Source: Mobula hypostoma
Taxonomy: Eukaryota
NCBI RefSeq assembly: GCF_963921235.1
Contig: NC_086106.1
Coordinates: 65,286,001 to 65,350,000, forward strand
Length of the DNA stretch: 64,000 nt
Direction: 5' to 3'
In this document: in pieces, positions 38,656 to 52,399 of the stretch
Numbering within the stretch: position 1 is the stretch's first letter
How the letters are laid out: the number at the start of each line of letters is the position of its first letter
Program-made: the position numbers and the translations under genes
Notes under the pieces: generated by a model
What the model saw: only the letters and a program-made list of their open reading frames with translations
Database searches by the model: none
Told to the model about the DNA's origin: nothing

Positions 38656-40589
38656 TTACAACTCTGTGAATTCGACATGCAAGTTGCCCCAGTTTTAAAA
38701 ACTGAAAAAATGCCCTTTTCATGGAATAAAACTTTCAGTTTTATATAAGGCTGTAATGGCTTAACAGAAAGCCTTTGCTCAAATCTCATAATAAACATCA
38801 GAAAGGTTACACTGCCTGAGGGTATTGATCCCAAAATACTGATTTTTTTTTAAAGGAGTAATTCATAGTGTTTCTTAATTGAATTACATAAGCTAATTTT
38901 GATTTTTTATTTTGATATTTTATTTCACATTTGACAATATAGAGGCTCTCTACTTTTTTGATGGGAAGCAATTAATAACGTCCCCTCCTTCCCTAGTATG
39001 CTGCACATTGGCCATTGTATTCTATAGCTCTGGATCCCCTAGAAATATTAATAGATGTGTATATGGCAAGTTGAAAAATATGACTGCGTATCCTTCTCTC
39101 TCCCAAACGCACAACCCAACAATACACCCCCCTCCAACTGCTGTCACCAGATGAATAATCAAGTGATTTCCATTGTAGCATTCACAATGAGTAGCTCATA
39201 CCAGCAAGTACAATAGTCGTGCAGAAAGAAAGGTGGGAACACAGTGCTGTCATTGAATGGAGACTTGTAGTTTCGTTGGTTCCCTCAGCAGGCCACAATT
39301 TTTGCCGTGGTGAAGGCAATGAACTTGTGACAAGGAAGTAAAGCTGCTGGCGATTTTTTTTTTGTTGTCTGCAGTCTGAATGTTGTCGTTAATTACAGCA
39401 AGAACAGTGATTGCAAATATGGTTACGTTTCTCAAGACATCTTTCTATTCATCTTAGTCTTAGTGAGAATAAAGAACCCAAGAGTTGTGGGGTTATTTAA
39501 CAGAGTTCTCTTTGACTGTGTACTGTCAGTGCAAGAAACAAGACATGCTATCCATTGGATAACCAAGAATACTTAATTTCCTAGCAGTCCATATTTTACC
39601 CTAATTGCAGCAATTTTCACTATTACAATCTAAATGAAAATCAATTAGCCCTCGGAGGTAATATCCCCAATGAAAAATTTAAATTGCTGATTATATTGTT
39701 CCGAATGGAGTAGTAACGTCTACATTTTAAACAGTAATCCAGTCAAAGATTGACAGTCTTGTTGAATCACTTGAACCATTATTGATTTCTCAGTGACAGA
39801 AGGCAGGGCTCACTATGGTCACTCTCATGGATGACGGCTTGCTGGCCAGTGATAATCGATGTGATTGCTATTGATTAAAGGAAGCTGATAGTCAGCTCTT
39901 TCCATCAGTCAGTCAAATCTGAGAGAGGAGGCTTAATCTGCATTTGGTGGGTATCTGGAATGAGCTGCTCGAGGAGGTGATGAAGGCAGGAAGAACATTT
40001 AGGAGGCATGGAATTAATGCAGGAAAGTGGCAGTAATACAGATGGCTGTTAGAGTTTGCATTGGTATGGCAGGCCAAAGCTGCACTCAGCTCTATGACTA
40101 TGACTGTTTATCAAATCACCCGACAGTCAGTTCCAAATACTCAAAAGTTCAGGTTTACAGAGCAGAAATCTTAAAGCACTATATTTCGTTAGCTACAATG
40201 ACCATAAGGTAAAATATAACATGCAGTTCGATGCACAAATGTACATTATTATCTCCAATAATCAGTTCTGTTGACCTCGCTAGAACAAAATTCTAGAACA
40301 TGGGGTGCTCATGACCAGGGACAAATATCTACATGAATTTGTCCAGCACAAGAAAATTATGTATTTTTGTTCCGTCTTTATTCTCAACCATGGTAGACTC
40401 ATCAATATTTATATCTCATTGAGCTTTAATGTTTTGTATATTTTTCACATCTGTCTCTGCTTTTCCACACATCCCATTTACTATCCACTCCAGGCTCCAG
40501 AAATTTGTTCAGAATGGGTTAATTTCACACAAGAGTTTACTAAACTGTCCGCCATCATATGTATATCAGCCTCTCGGATATTGAGGGCT

Positions 40590-42060
40590 ACTGGAAGTGA
40601 CATAGGACGTCCTGTTACCACCTCAAATGGACTTTGTTGTTTGGGGATGCTCTGATGCTACACAAGACCATGAAGAGCCATAGGCCATGGTATGCATTGC
40701 TCATGATACTTATTCATTGTTTAATGATTCTATCCATTTGTTCAACTTATCCCAATGACTCTGGATGATGTTGACAATGGAAAGGCCAGTCAACATAATC
40801 CTTAACAAATATTCCCAGTGAAATGTGTTCCTTGGTCAGTGTCAATGTGAAATAGCAATGCCCATTGCGGAATATAGTCCGTAATCAGATTTTTGCTGTG
40901 TGTGTGGAGGTGGCTTTCCCTGCTGGAATAGCTTCAACCCATCTTCAAAACTTACCCACTATTACCAGTTCAACTGAGTATCCTTGACACTTTAGCAAAG
41001 TAATGTAGCCCACTTGTAAATGTAAAAATGGACCAGGTGGGGCAAGAGCACTTAATTTTGGTAACTTTTCTGTTGCTCCAGGATTTGTTTTCTGGCATGT
41101 CATGCACCTTTCAAATGTTTGTTAAGCGTATGCCCTGAAATTTGAATTCCACCATCAGTGGGAGAATATATCAATCATTCTTTCCACTCCAATATGTCCT
41201 GGGACTGTACTTGCTGTGCAGATAAGGAAGCATTATGCTCCATCACTATTTAACTTTCTACCATTCTCTATCCAAAACCACTTTTCTTGGTTAGCACATT
41301 GAACTTGCATCTCTTGGATATCTTGTCTATTTGTCTGTGATACAGAGTTCAATTTTATTTCCATAATTGCAGTTGTTGGGTTCACTGTATATGTTCTCGG
41401 TCCTTCTTTTATCTCTTCCCATGCTACCCTTTTTTTTCACAATTTCATCTGCAAATGCACTTCCACGGCTTCACAATGTAGTCACTTTGGGCTGGTTTTT
41501 ACATTGCTGATGGCAATGATATGACATCCATTAGTTCTTGCACTACTTGGCCATTCTTGATTGGAGTTCCTACAGCCATAAGAAATCCCTTTTTTCTCCA
41601 TAAGTTTCAAAATCATAAACAACTCCAAAATATTGAGAATCAGTACAGATATTAGCTGATCTTCTTCCTACTTGTAGGCTTAACTCAGAACTTTCAGTCC
41701 TACACAGAAGTACCAGGAGCCATGATTCCTGATGCCAGCACCTCCAGTTTCAGAAATCACCATTCAATTTCCTCTCTCAATCATTCAGCAGTCATCAGGG
41801 TATGGAATCAGACCTTTGGCAGAGTAATAACCAACAGGACACTGCTGGTCTTCATGTTCTTGAGTTATGATTGCCATCATGTGTTTCTCATTGACATACA
41901 GGATAAATGCTTTACCTGTATCAGGAATTCCCAATGCAGGTGCACTACACAATGCCCCCTTTAAAGTTTGAAACAATTTCTGTTGTTCTTCATTAAGAGT
42001 GATTGTCTGACCTCTTATTGTCCTTCAGCAGATTGTTGAGTGGCTGAGAAATAGTTGATG
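40590..42060 (-). mobile_element. Endogenous retrovirus-like pol remnant (RT thumb/tether, RNase H, integrase), many frameshifts
   Basis: - strand peptides in order: FQTLKGALCSAPALGIPDTGKAFILYV...PVGYYS; KKGFLMAVGTPIKNGQVVQELMDVISLP; CMTCQKTNPG; PPGPFLHLQVGYITLLKCQGY..ELVIVGKF*RWVEAIP; SPFEVVTGRPM. Confidence 0.8.
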
Positions 42061-42261
42061 GATCTGCCTATCGATATATTGATTAACAATGGTTTCATCT
42101 TCAGTCCTGTGTGTTTTCACTCCTTTGGTCATTATTGGAGCAAGCTGTGACATAGCTGTGAATCTTATTGTTTCATCACTGTCATTCTCATTTCAGTCAT
42201 TAGGGACCGCTAAACACTCCCATGTCATATCTATCCTGTAATTGCTGGGAGTTCAGCTGGT

Positions 42262-42622
42262 AGAAACATAGAAAACCTACAGCATAATACAGGCCCTTTG
42301 ACCCACAAAACTGTGCCGAACTTGTACTTACTTCGGAAATTACCTAGGGTTACTCATAGCCCTCTATTTTTCTAAGCTTCATGTACCTATCCAAGAGTCT
42401 CTTAAAAGATCCTATTAAGTCCGCTTTCATCACTGTCGCCGGCAGCCCATTCCACACACTCAACACTCTCTGCGTAAAAAACTTACCCCTGTCATCTCCT
42501 CTGTACCTACTTCCAAGCACCTTAAAACTGTGCCCTCTCATGTTCGCCATTTCAGCCCTGGGAAAAAGCCTCTGACTATCCACACAATCAATGCCTGTCA
42601 TCATCTTATACACCTCTATCAG
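42262..42622 (-). mobile_element. CR1 LINE 3' fragment
   Basis: YKMMTGIDCVDSQRLFP...RGHSFKV...GKFFTQRVLSVWNGLP; tail tagaaacatagaaa. Confidence 0.9.
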
Positions 42623-42790
42623 GTGGTGTTGCTGTCTTGGAGGAAAGTCTGATGTAGGCTGCGATTCTCCGCATTTTGGATGGTGGAGCTGCCCAGGGAG
42701 ACTGTTCGATATGTGTAGTAATTCTCTGGAGTTTAGATGGTGGCGCTGTATAGCGAGACTGTTTGATGTGGGTTATAATTCTTTGGGTGG

Positions 42791-43032
42791 TGATGCACTA
42801 TCAATTACTCCAAAAGACTGGAAGTAGAGTAAATACTGAAAGGCTTTTATTAACAGTAGAGTGGATCCATGTTCATGCTGTATGGCTGTCCTGGACTGTG
42901 GGAGGAGCAGTGACACAATCGTCTTTATTCAGAGGTCTGTGGGAGGAACCACAGGAGCAGTCAGCAGAGGGACGTGTCCAGGCACGTCCAGACAGGTAAC
43001 CCAGTTACAACCTGTATACATGGTTTACCACA
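42791..43032 (-). mobile_element. Solo LTR (242 bp) with 5-bp TSD
   Basis: Bounded by TG...CA (tgatgcact...ggtttaccaca). GGTGG on both sides (42786-42790, 43033-43037). AATAAA on the - strand (ttttatt ~42845-42851). Confidence 0.8.
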
Positions 43033-43189
43033 GGTGGAACTTCAGAATTAAGTGTTTCCTGGGTGAAGCGCTAGCAGTAGCATCACTGGAAGTGTCTTTA
43101 GCAGATCCTTTCCCTAGAAGTCGCGGCTGAGTTTTCGTACATTGTTTCAGTTTGTTTTTAAGCCCTGAACAATGGACTTTGATTCAATT

Positions 43190-43265
43190 AAAAACACAGA
43201 TTCTGCAGATGCTGAAAATCTACAGTAGCACAAACACAAGTTCCTCCAGCACTTTGTGTGTGTGA
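43190..43265. mobile_element. Minimal inverted PLE-terminal relic
   Basis: aaacacagattctgcagatgctgaaaatct... joined to ttcctccagcactttgtgtgtg. Flanked by gattcaatta / gattgaatta. Confidence 0.6.
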
Positions 43266-46200
43266 ATTGGATTGAATTAGCATGTTGTTCTTTGGTTAAT
43301 GCTAAAATTTGCTCTTTAGACTTTTGAAGGACTCTATTATGCTGTTTTTGTAGTTTATCACACATTTCACTTTTTTTTAATTAATAAAAGGCTTTACTCA
43401 TGAACTCTTTCAATCACTCACACATTTGATCAAACCAACCACACGGTCTTATCTCTAAATCAGTATCATATCACCTTGACTGTGATCTCAAGATTTTAAG
43501 AGTTTGCAGCTGAAATTTTAATAAGTTAACCTGCAACCTGAATTTCATTCTTTTTTTCCCCACGCTCCACTAGCTTGCACGTATTTTAAGTTTCCTCATG
43601 CACTCTATTGGCTCACGTGAATTAAAAAATATATATATCTGTGCTCCACTGCCTATACAAATTTAGTGTTTGACAGTCTACCAGCCTGTGTATTTAGTTT
43701 GCGGTCTCCCGGTTTTGCACGTAGCTCTATTGAGTTGCATTTCAGTTTAGAGTTCTGTTGTTTTAAAATAGCAACACAGCAGTCCTCAGCCCTGATTCTC
43801 ATCCGATGATGTAGAAGACAGAACCAATTTTCTCTCAGACAGCTTGGTACATAGAGAGAAAGTTCTTACACCTTTTGTTTGGGCACCAGAAATCTTCTGC
43901 TCGTTTGGACAATTCCTTCAAGCAGTAGATTATGCAATCATCCTGTTGACTACTCCAATTTTGTTGGATTCTGCTGTTTAAATTGAAGGTTCATTTAGAA
44001 ATCAGGAACAAGGCATAAAACTTGTTGCCTTTCTATTGTTTGACTAAGAGTTGAAAGAACAAAGAGAACAGGAACAGGACAGTGACAGGAGGTCTTACTA
44101 CTTGAAGAAGAGAGGATTTAAAGATGGCACCTAGCATAAAACATCTACTTTTACATCTAAAAGATAAGAAAATTCCATAGGTAATAATAATACAATTAGA
44201 AAATACTTATCAAATACTGTCATAAGATCAACAAATGAGAATTGATATGATAATAATAATTAATTGTTAAACTGAAAAGAAAATGACAAGTAAAATCAAA
44301 CAATTGGATCCAATAGGTGGTATCTAATGATGTATTGCTGTAATGGTTCCCAGTTCCTGGAGACTTACATAATTCCCAGCATCCAAGATTCCCATGGCTC
44401 AGAATGATCTTTTTCCTCACTTCCACTGTTATATAACAAATATGCGTTCAAAGACAGCGGATGGGGAGTGGGGGTGGGGTGCGGAATTCAACACGCCAAT
44501 GATATTTCTCCTTGATTGCTTGGAGTACTGGAAAGGAAATGAATCAGAAGTATCTTGCAAGGTTGGTAATTCTAATTACTAGTGGTTCAAGGTAGTAGCT
44601 AACGATAACCTTGCTACCAGTGGCAAGCCAAAGATTGTGTTTACTGGTGGTGTTATACTGCACTACTAGTGTTTTTACTTGGCTGCACAGTCCATGTACA
44701 GTAATTGAAATTTCCAGCTGCTGTTATCCAATGGAATACCCAGTGGAGAATAAATGGAGTAATAATTAGTGATACAGATATATAGTGATGTGGATAGATG
44801 GATGTGAAAATGCCAGGGTATTGCTGGTGTTTCAGCAATTCCATCATTAAGCCAAGAAGCTCACAGTGAACAACATATTCCATAACTGTGATAAGAATCT
44901 GATTGGAAGTGATGTGTTTTACAGATATTCTCAGTGCTAGTAATTACTGAGGTATAAGGGTAGCACATTGGTATGCTGCAGTGTCATAGTCTTTCAATGT
45001 TTCATGGAAAACTGTACTCCATTTTGGTAATTGTAGCCTTGCTGGGGGTGTGTAAGTCCAAGTAGGTGGATGTTAAGTTGTATAGTGCTTACAGAGAAAT
45101 ATTTCAGCGCAACTCAGTAGAATAGGTTAACCAGCCTACCAATGGAACCTCTGCTGAACTGTCTATGGGCAGAGACCAAGCTTCCCCTCCACCTCCTCAC
45201 CTACTGCAGACTCTGAATAAACTGTTAACACTCACTCAAAGCTTATAGGTAAGGGATAGCTGGTGTATGAAGTTTTTTAGAGTAACTGATTTGTGAATGA
45301 GTAAGAGGAAAAGAACAGAAAATTAGGCAAACATGGAGGGATATAGATCTTTTACGAAGGATCACAATCATTGTGGTCCTTGTGTGGAGCTGAAAGAGTT
45401 AAATTCTTGATTTATATCTCTCAGGACTCAGTGATAATATAATGGAAAAGAATGTAATAATCTTGTATGTCATCAACTGAACATCACCTGCTACCCCGGA
45501 ACATAAGAAATATGCAGTGCGGATTTCTCACAGGGATTTGGGTCGGGGTTGGTTTCATTGTCAGGGCAGAGCTAAGAGCTGCTGATGTGCATCATACCTG
45601 ATCAAAGCAGCTTTGTACTGATATGAGACAGAAAGTATTATTATTTGAATTATTGTCAAATCATACATTTTGGTCAATGAAATATTTACCTACTCAAATG
45701 CTCTTGTTTAATCTTATTGTTTCGAAGTCAATTTCTGGGGCCGTGTTTCATAGAAGTCCGTATGCTAACCTGTGTTGCAAATTTTATTATTATAAATTTT
45801 TCTTACATTGTTAACTCCCTCTTTGGTACATATTTCAATCCATGTTTCAATCATATTTTAATTTCTGAATTCCAGTGCTTCTTCCAGTAATCTAATTCTG
45901 CTTCAGACTTTGGATTTGATTTTGGATTTATGAGTTTTTAGGCTGGATATTTCTAGATGAAAGATTACAAAGCAGTGGAAATCAAATCCCTTGACTTAAC
46001 TCTTTTGGCTACAGAGCAGTCTTGACTATTCAAAAATATCGTACATACTTGCACTGCTGATACAATATAGGATTGATAAAAATGCCAGCTGTTTAAACTC
46101 CTCTATAGCATGGAATGCTGAATGAAATTCAAAATCCTACTCTTTCAAAGCTTTCTGTTTCTGTGGGGCATGAAATAATGGAAAATTCATTACCTAGATG

Positions 46201-47691
46201 TATGCTTAAACAAAACATGCAGATCTGCTTGAAATATTTTTCTCGAAAAGCAAGTTTGAAATGAATGCTAGATAGTGGAATGCATTTTCTTAAATTGTTT
46301 TGGAATCCTTCACAGTGGAGGATCCTTCAGCAAGGGAGTGGAAACTAACAATGCTAGATGTTATTATTTAAGCCATTCAAACTTTGAAAGGCTTCATATC
46401 AAATGCTTTTCTCTATTTATTTTAAATATTTGTACCATGTCAATTTTTGTCCCATTGACATGGATCTTTGAGTAACTTACTAGCCTCCTTTATCATTTTA
46501 ATAATTTTTTGTTGTGGCGTCTCAAAGTAGCTGAGGTACTTTTAACATGTTAGTTGTCAAGGTTTGCATTCTATCTTGCATATATTTGAAAATTATTGAA
46601 AGTTATTCTGAAATATCAGTTGTTTTAATTTACATGACTATTTTAATCTCTTAGTTTATGTCCTATCTACCTAAATGGTTTTGATATCCCATTGACACTG
46701 TATTTTGCATTACCCTTCTCAAATGGTAATGACAGATATGTGAAACTAAATCTGGAAAATATTGCAGACATGACAATTCAGTGTTGCTGTAAATAAAGAA
46801 GGGAAAGAGAAGCAAAGCCAAAGGGGCCATTCTCTCAGTTCATCCATCTCAGATGCATTTGATCTGACACTGAGATAGTCCACACAGGTGCCTTTGCACT
46901 GTTTTCCTTTTTCCTTTCCACCATGATGGGCAGAACTCTTGACTGCATCTCATCTCTTTCCCGCATCGGTAACCCTTTTCCTGAATAGAGCAAAAACAAG
47001 CCTTCCTTTGGTCTAGACCTTATACCGCACTAGTCTCTGCATTCATTGAATCAACTTTCACAATTTCTACAAAACTCAACTACCAACTGTCATCTTCTTT
47101 AAGCATTTTGTAACGGTTTCCTCCTTCGTAACTCCTTGGTCTTTGCTTCTTTCCCTACCTACATAACGGTACAGGAAGTGCAATTCTCACTCTTTTCCCA
47201 GATTTTTGTTTTTATTTTTTAAATGTGCTTGGCCCTGCACATTTTCAGTGGACGTCACTGTACTGCATTGCAGTCAGGTTCAGGAACTGTGGCCACCTTT
47301 TCTCATCCTGCCATTAACAGCCTTGGGTAAATTGCAGTATTCCTAAACTGCTCTACACCGGTGAGTTGATTACAAACCAGAGATCATTTCAGGTTTTTAT
47401 GTTTCAAAGATTAAATGTTTTCTTCAGCCTTGTAAATAAAAAGAGCAGCCATTTTGATGACAATGTGATTACGTGCCCTTAATTTTTGCCAGTGAATGAT
47501 ACTCTTCCAGTACAGATTATTTATTGAAGAAATAATTAAATGCCAGAGATTTTGCTGTCAGAGTTTAGTAAACATCATCAGAAGTGTTGATTTATCCACC
47601 AACACCTGCGTTGTAAACAGACTGTGTAGATACATTTAATGCAATTGCAATCTTTTTGGTGTGTAAGTGAAAACCATCACTTAATCCTCAT

Positions 47692-48466
47692 GCAACACAC
47701 ATCAAAGTTGCTGGTGAACGCAGCAGGCCAGGCAGCATCTATAGGAAGAGGCGCAGTCGACGTTTCAGGCCAACACCCTTCGTCAGGACTAACTGAAGGA
47801 AGAGTGAGTAAGGGATTTGAAAGCTGGAGGGGGAGGGGGAGATGCAAAATGATAGGAGAAGACAGGAGGGGGAGGGATAGAGCTGAGAGCTGGACAGGTG
47901 ATTGGCAAAAGGGGATACGAGAGGATCATGGGACAGGAGGTACGGGAAGAAAGACGGGGGGGGGTGACCCAGAGGATGGGCAAGAGGTATATTCAGACGG
48001 ACAGAGGGAGAAAAAGGAGAGTGAGAGAAAGAATGTGTGCATAAAAATGAGTAACAGCTGGGGTACGAGGGGGAGGTGGGGCCTAGCGGAAGTTAGAGAA
48101 GTCGATGTTCATACCATCAGGTTGGAGGCTACCCAGACGGAATATAAGGTGTTGTTCCTCCAACCTGAGTGTGGCTTCATCTTTACAGTAGAGGAGGCCG
48201 TGGATAGACATGTCAGAATGGGAATGGGATGTGGAATTAAAATGTGTGGCCACTGGGAGATCCTGCTTTCTCTGGCGGACAGAGTGTAGATGTTCAGCAA
48301 AGCGGTCTCCCAGTCTGCGTCGGGTCTCGCCAATATATAAAAGGCCACATCGGGAGCACCGGACGCAGTATATCACCCCAGCCGACTCACAGGTGAAGTG
48401 ATGCCTCACCTGGAAGGACTGTTTGGGGCCCTGAATGGTGGTAAGGGAGGAAGTGTAAGGGCATGT
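47692..48466 (-). mobile_element. Young 5'-truncated Penelope-like element with open GIY-YIG frame
   Basis: ORF 48083-48469 GVIYCVRCSRCGLLYIGETRRRLGDRFAEH...VATHF...GMNIDFSNFR. The terminal repeat is nearly identical to the arms at 63011-63194. Confidence 0.92.
47754..47791 (-). ncRNA. Minimal type I hammerhead ribozyme motif, intact core
   Basis: - strand TAGTC CTGACGA A GGGT GTTG GCCT GAAA CG TC GACTG: stem I, CUGANGA, stem II, GAAA, palindromic ACGU, GUC cleavage triplet. Confidence 0.8.
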
Positions 48467-48639
48467 CATTCTTATCGGCCCTAAAACATAGTGTTGAACT
48501 CTTTCAGTTAGTGCAGTTTACCTGTTGCAGTTGCTGTTGCTATGTAGTGCAGCAGAGGGTCCAGGATTAGCCCAGCAACATTTCCAAGCCATGATGACAT
48601 GCAACTTGAGGGAATCTTGCTCATTTTGGGAATCTCAGT

Positions 48640-49730
48640 GGTAGAGGTTATGATTTGGGCGAAGACCTCGGCAGATTGCTTTGAGCCTCTTGTGAATGAT
48701 GGTAGTTGCCAACAGTGAAAATTTATGGTGCTGGTTAGGGGTCTGGAGTCAGGAATCTGATTTGATCTGGATGGTGTGGAACTTCTTGAATGTTATTGGA
48801 ACTTCATTCTGAATTAAATTCATGATTTCTACTCTGTGGGTCACAGGAGGGTTCTTGGGAGTTAGGAGTAGAGTCATTCATCTTGGAATATGCTGCTTCT
48901 GTATTGCAATCACAATCATAAAGTAGCTAGGCAATTAGTTTATGGTCAGTGATGATTATGCATATGTTAAGATCATGCTGCATATTGCATTAAGCAAACA
49001 TTTGTAATTATCAGAACATGGTTCAGTCAAGCATAGCATTCATGTCTGACATGATGGAGAGAAGATGAAGCAACTGAAGATGCCTGTGACTAAGTCATTA
49101 CCTTGAGGAACCCCTGCAGTAAAGTCCCAGGGCTGAGACTTCAACAAACATAACAACTTCTTTTGTGCTGGGAATGTCTCCAGCCAGGAAAGTTTCCCTC
49201 TAATTCTGATTGACTCAGTTTAGAGATTTCCTTTTATAGGGCTACTTCACACTCACTCAAATGCTGCCACAATGTCAGGGGCAGTCACCCTACCTCACCT
49301 CTGGAATTCAGATAACGTGTAATGAGATCTGGTGCTGAACAGCTGTGTGGGAAATCAAAACTGATTCTCAGCAAGTACATTATTTGTTGACAACATTAAC
49401 AATCTTGTCCATCACTTTATTGTAGTTGAGAGTCGATTGATAACCAGTAATTTGGGGGAATAGGTGTATCCTGTTTTCTGAGGATGGGGCAAATTTCCGA
49501 TTTCCAGTTTTTAATTAGAGCTCGTTTTATAGTTTAACTAGAGGCATTTTGTAGATTGCAGGTTTGCAGAGATGGCATTTGCTGCATCCAGTAGAGCTCT
49601 CAGGAATTTCTGCTCACGTTGTGAAGGGAACCAGATTTCTGGTAACAGGCTTCTATGTTGGTGAAGACTTAAAGAGGAGGCTTTGATGGTTCATCTACTT
49701 CACTCATGTGATTGAAGATGTTTCAAACAT
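48640..49730 (-). mobile_element. Old CR1/L2-group LINE RT remnant
   Basis: - strand TAGVPQGNDLVTGIFSCFI at ~49065-49120 (GVPQGSVLGP motif); heavily decayed. Confidence 0.55.
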
Positions 49731-50338
49731 ATCTTAAGTGAAATATGGTATAAAATTCCCTGAACGTGCTAGCCATAATGACCCTAAAACAACTCTACTA
49801 CGATTCTCCCATTGTCTTCATTGGTAAAGGCAATCTAGTATTTATATCACTGCCAATAAAACCTAAACTAAAAAATTGTTTTCTTGGAAGTCCATCCCCA
49901 AATTCTCCCTTTGTTTATGATGTCCAAGCTTACAGTCAGCTGTTTAGCATCATCTTTGCAGTCATGGGCCTTAGGATCTTTATTACTGAATAGGTGCCAT
50001 GAAGATATAAGCTGTTACTGGGCACCTACATAGCGATTCCATCTGTAAGCACAGAATATGATGTCATAAGAAAGTCATGACATCATCTCTCCACCATTTT
50101 CTTTCAGGCTTTTGACAAGGCTGATGATATTTCTGTTCAATTATAGGAAGAAAGAACCACCACCACCACCAACTCAAACTTCTCCCCTATGTTGCTGATC
50201 CCAATCTCTACCTTGCATATTAGCTCATGCCAAACTAAGCCTCATATTTGGTCGAGCCTCATCATCCACATCCTGTCTATTATTATATTGTTTAAGGTTG
50301 TAGTCTACTTCAGCCACCAGCTCCATGCCCCTCTCTAA

Positions 50339-51062
50339 TAGTCATAGTCATACTTCATTGATCCTGGGGGAAATTGGTTTTTGTTACAGTTGCACCATAA
50401 ATAATAAATAGTAATAAAACCATAAATAGTTAAATAGTATTATGTAAATTATGCCAGTAAATAAGTCCAGGACCAGCCTATTGGCTCAGGGTATCTGACC
50501 CTCCAAGGGAGGAGTTGTAAAGTTTGATGGCCACAGGCAGGAATGGCTTCCTATGACGCTCTGTGTTGTATCTCAGTGAAATGAGTCTCTGGCTGAATGT
50601 ACTCCTGTCCCCACCAAGTACATTATGTAGTGGATGGGAGACATTGTCCAAGATGGCATGCAACTTCGACAGCATCCTCTTTTTAGACACCACCGTGAGA
50701 GAGTCCAGTTCAATCCCCACAACATCACTGGCCTTACGAATAAGTTTGTTGATTCTGTTGGTGTCTGCTACCCTCAGCCTGCTGCCCCAGCACACAACAG
50801 CAAACATGATAGCACTGGCCACCACAGACTCGTAGAACATCCTCAGCATCATCCGGCAGATGTTAAAGGACCTCAGTCTCCTCAGGAAATAGAGACGGCT
50901 CTGGCCCTTCTTGTAGACAACCTCTGTGTTCTTTGACCAGTCCAGTTTATTGTCAATTTGTATCCCCAGGTATTTGTAATCCTCCACCATGTCCACACTG
51001 ACCCCCTGGATGGAAACGGGGGTCACCTCTCCTCAGGTCTACCACCTGCTCCTTAGTCTTTT
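50339..51062 (-). mobile_element. Rex1/Babar-type LINE 3' fragment
   Basis: Open frame 50478-51026 YKYLGIQIDNKLDWSKNT...KKGQSRLYFLRRLRSF...SHPLH...FLPVAIKLYN; (ATGACT)n tail at 50339-50352. Confidence 0.9.
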
Positions 51063-52399
51063 TAACATTGAAATAAAATTTAACTGCACTTAATGGTGCA
51101 AAATGGATGATTGCAAATAGTGCTAAGGAAATCAAATTCATGATATGTTTTTCAGGGAATAAATATCAGTTTAGCGACCGGTGATAACCATTCATTTTAA
51201 AATTTCCATCTAAATTGGGCCTGTTCCACTGCGCAGCATTTAGTAGTTTCTGTTTGAAGTATCGACCTGCACTTTGTTTCCAGGACCCTGCATATTTTAG
51301 TTGTAGCTTCAGTGATAACCACATTTCTGCATAAAATGGGTTTCTGCAGTACTGGCACCAAAAACTGGTACTGCAGAAGTATTTTGGAAATAATTGCACC
51401 ATCAGACCTACTTTTGCTGCCTCCATTAGCTATGCAGATGATTAGTTAATGTGGTTAGTGATGCACTGAGAATATAGTGATCGTCCAGATGAAAGTGAAG
51501 CTGGGTCATCCTCTTGATACTGATTTCAACTTTTTATGTGTATTTTTATTGGACAATAGTGATGTGATTGGTCCCTCAAATAACATCATTAAAGGACATT
51601 GCACTGAAAAAGAATACTTACCCCCCCATTTCCTAATTTAGTTACTTCTTTAGCAGCTGAAAACATCAATTGGAATCACATGGGAGGCTACATTTAAGCT
51701 GCATTTTCATCACGTAAGGGAGAACTGTTCCTTGATGTCAGAAGAGTCTGTAAGAAGAAGATATTGATTGAGTTGGAAGAGAACCCCGAGGCAAAATTAT
51801 ATCTATGCAGCTGGTTCTTAGGTGCTATCTGTAAAAAAGTCAGAGTCAACTGTCATTTTCAGAAGTGAATTGGATGAATGCTTGAAATAGATTCACTTCC
51901 AGTGTTAAATTGCAAGGCATGGGAAAAGGATTGAATAATAACTTAATTGAGCTAACACAGGTACAGAGGACTGAACACTGAACAGCTTCCTGGGACTCCT
52001 CCTTATGTGGCAGGAACTGATTTAGAGGCATTAGCAAAGTAATGCCTTAAGATACTGACATTGAGGTACATTAACAGAATAATCACATTTTCTGAGGGAG
52101 AAAAGTCATCACACAAAATCAAGTTGCATCACTACCTTCTCAAATATCAACCAGAAAAATCATATTAAGAAGTAAATTAATCTGATACATAGGTGGCACA
52201 AGAAGAAAATTAACTGCCACATCAGGCAGAATAATGCAATAATGTATTTACAACATTTAAGTTCAACTGCAGACAGAACCTGATTTTTGCTCATGCAGAT
52301 TTTTTTGAGTGCAGCAGCAGAATCCTTTGAGACTAATTCACTAATTTGTATCTTTAAAAAAAATTAGTCTTGTCACAATTCACTCCTGAAATAAAGTTA

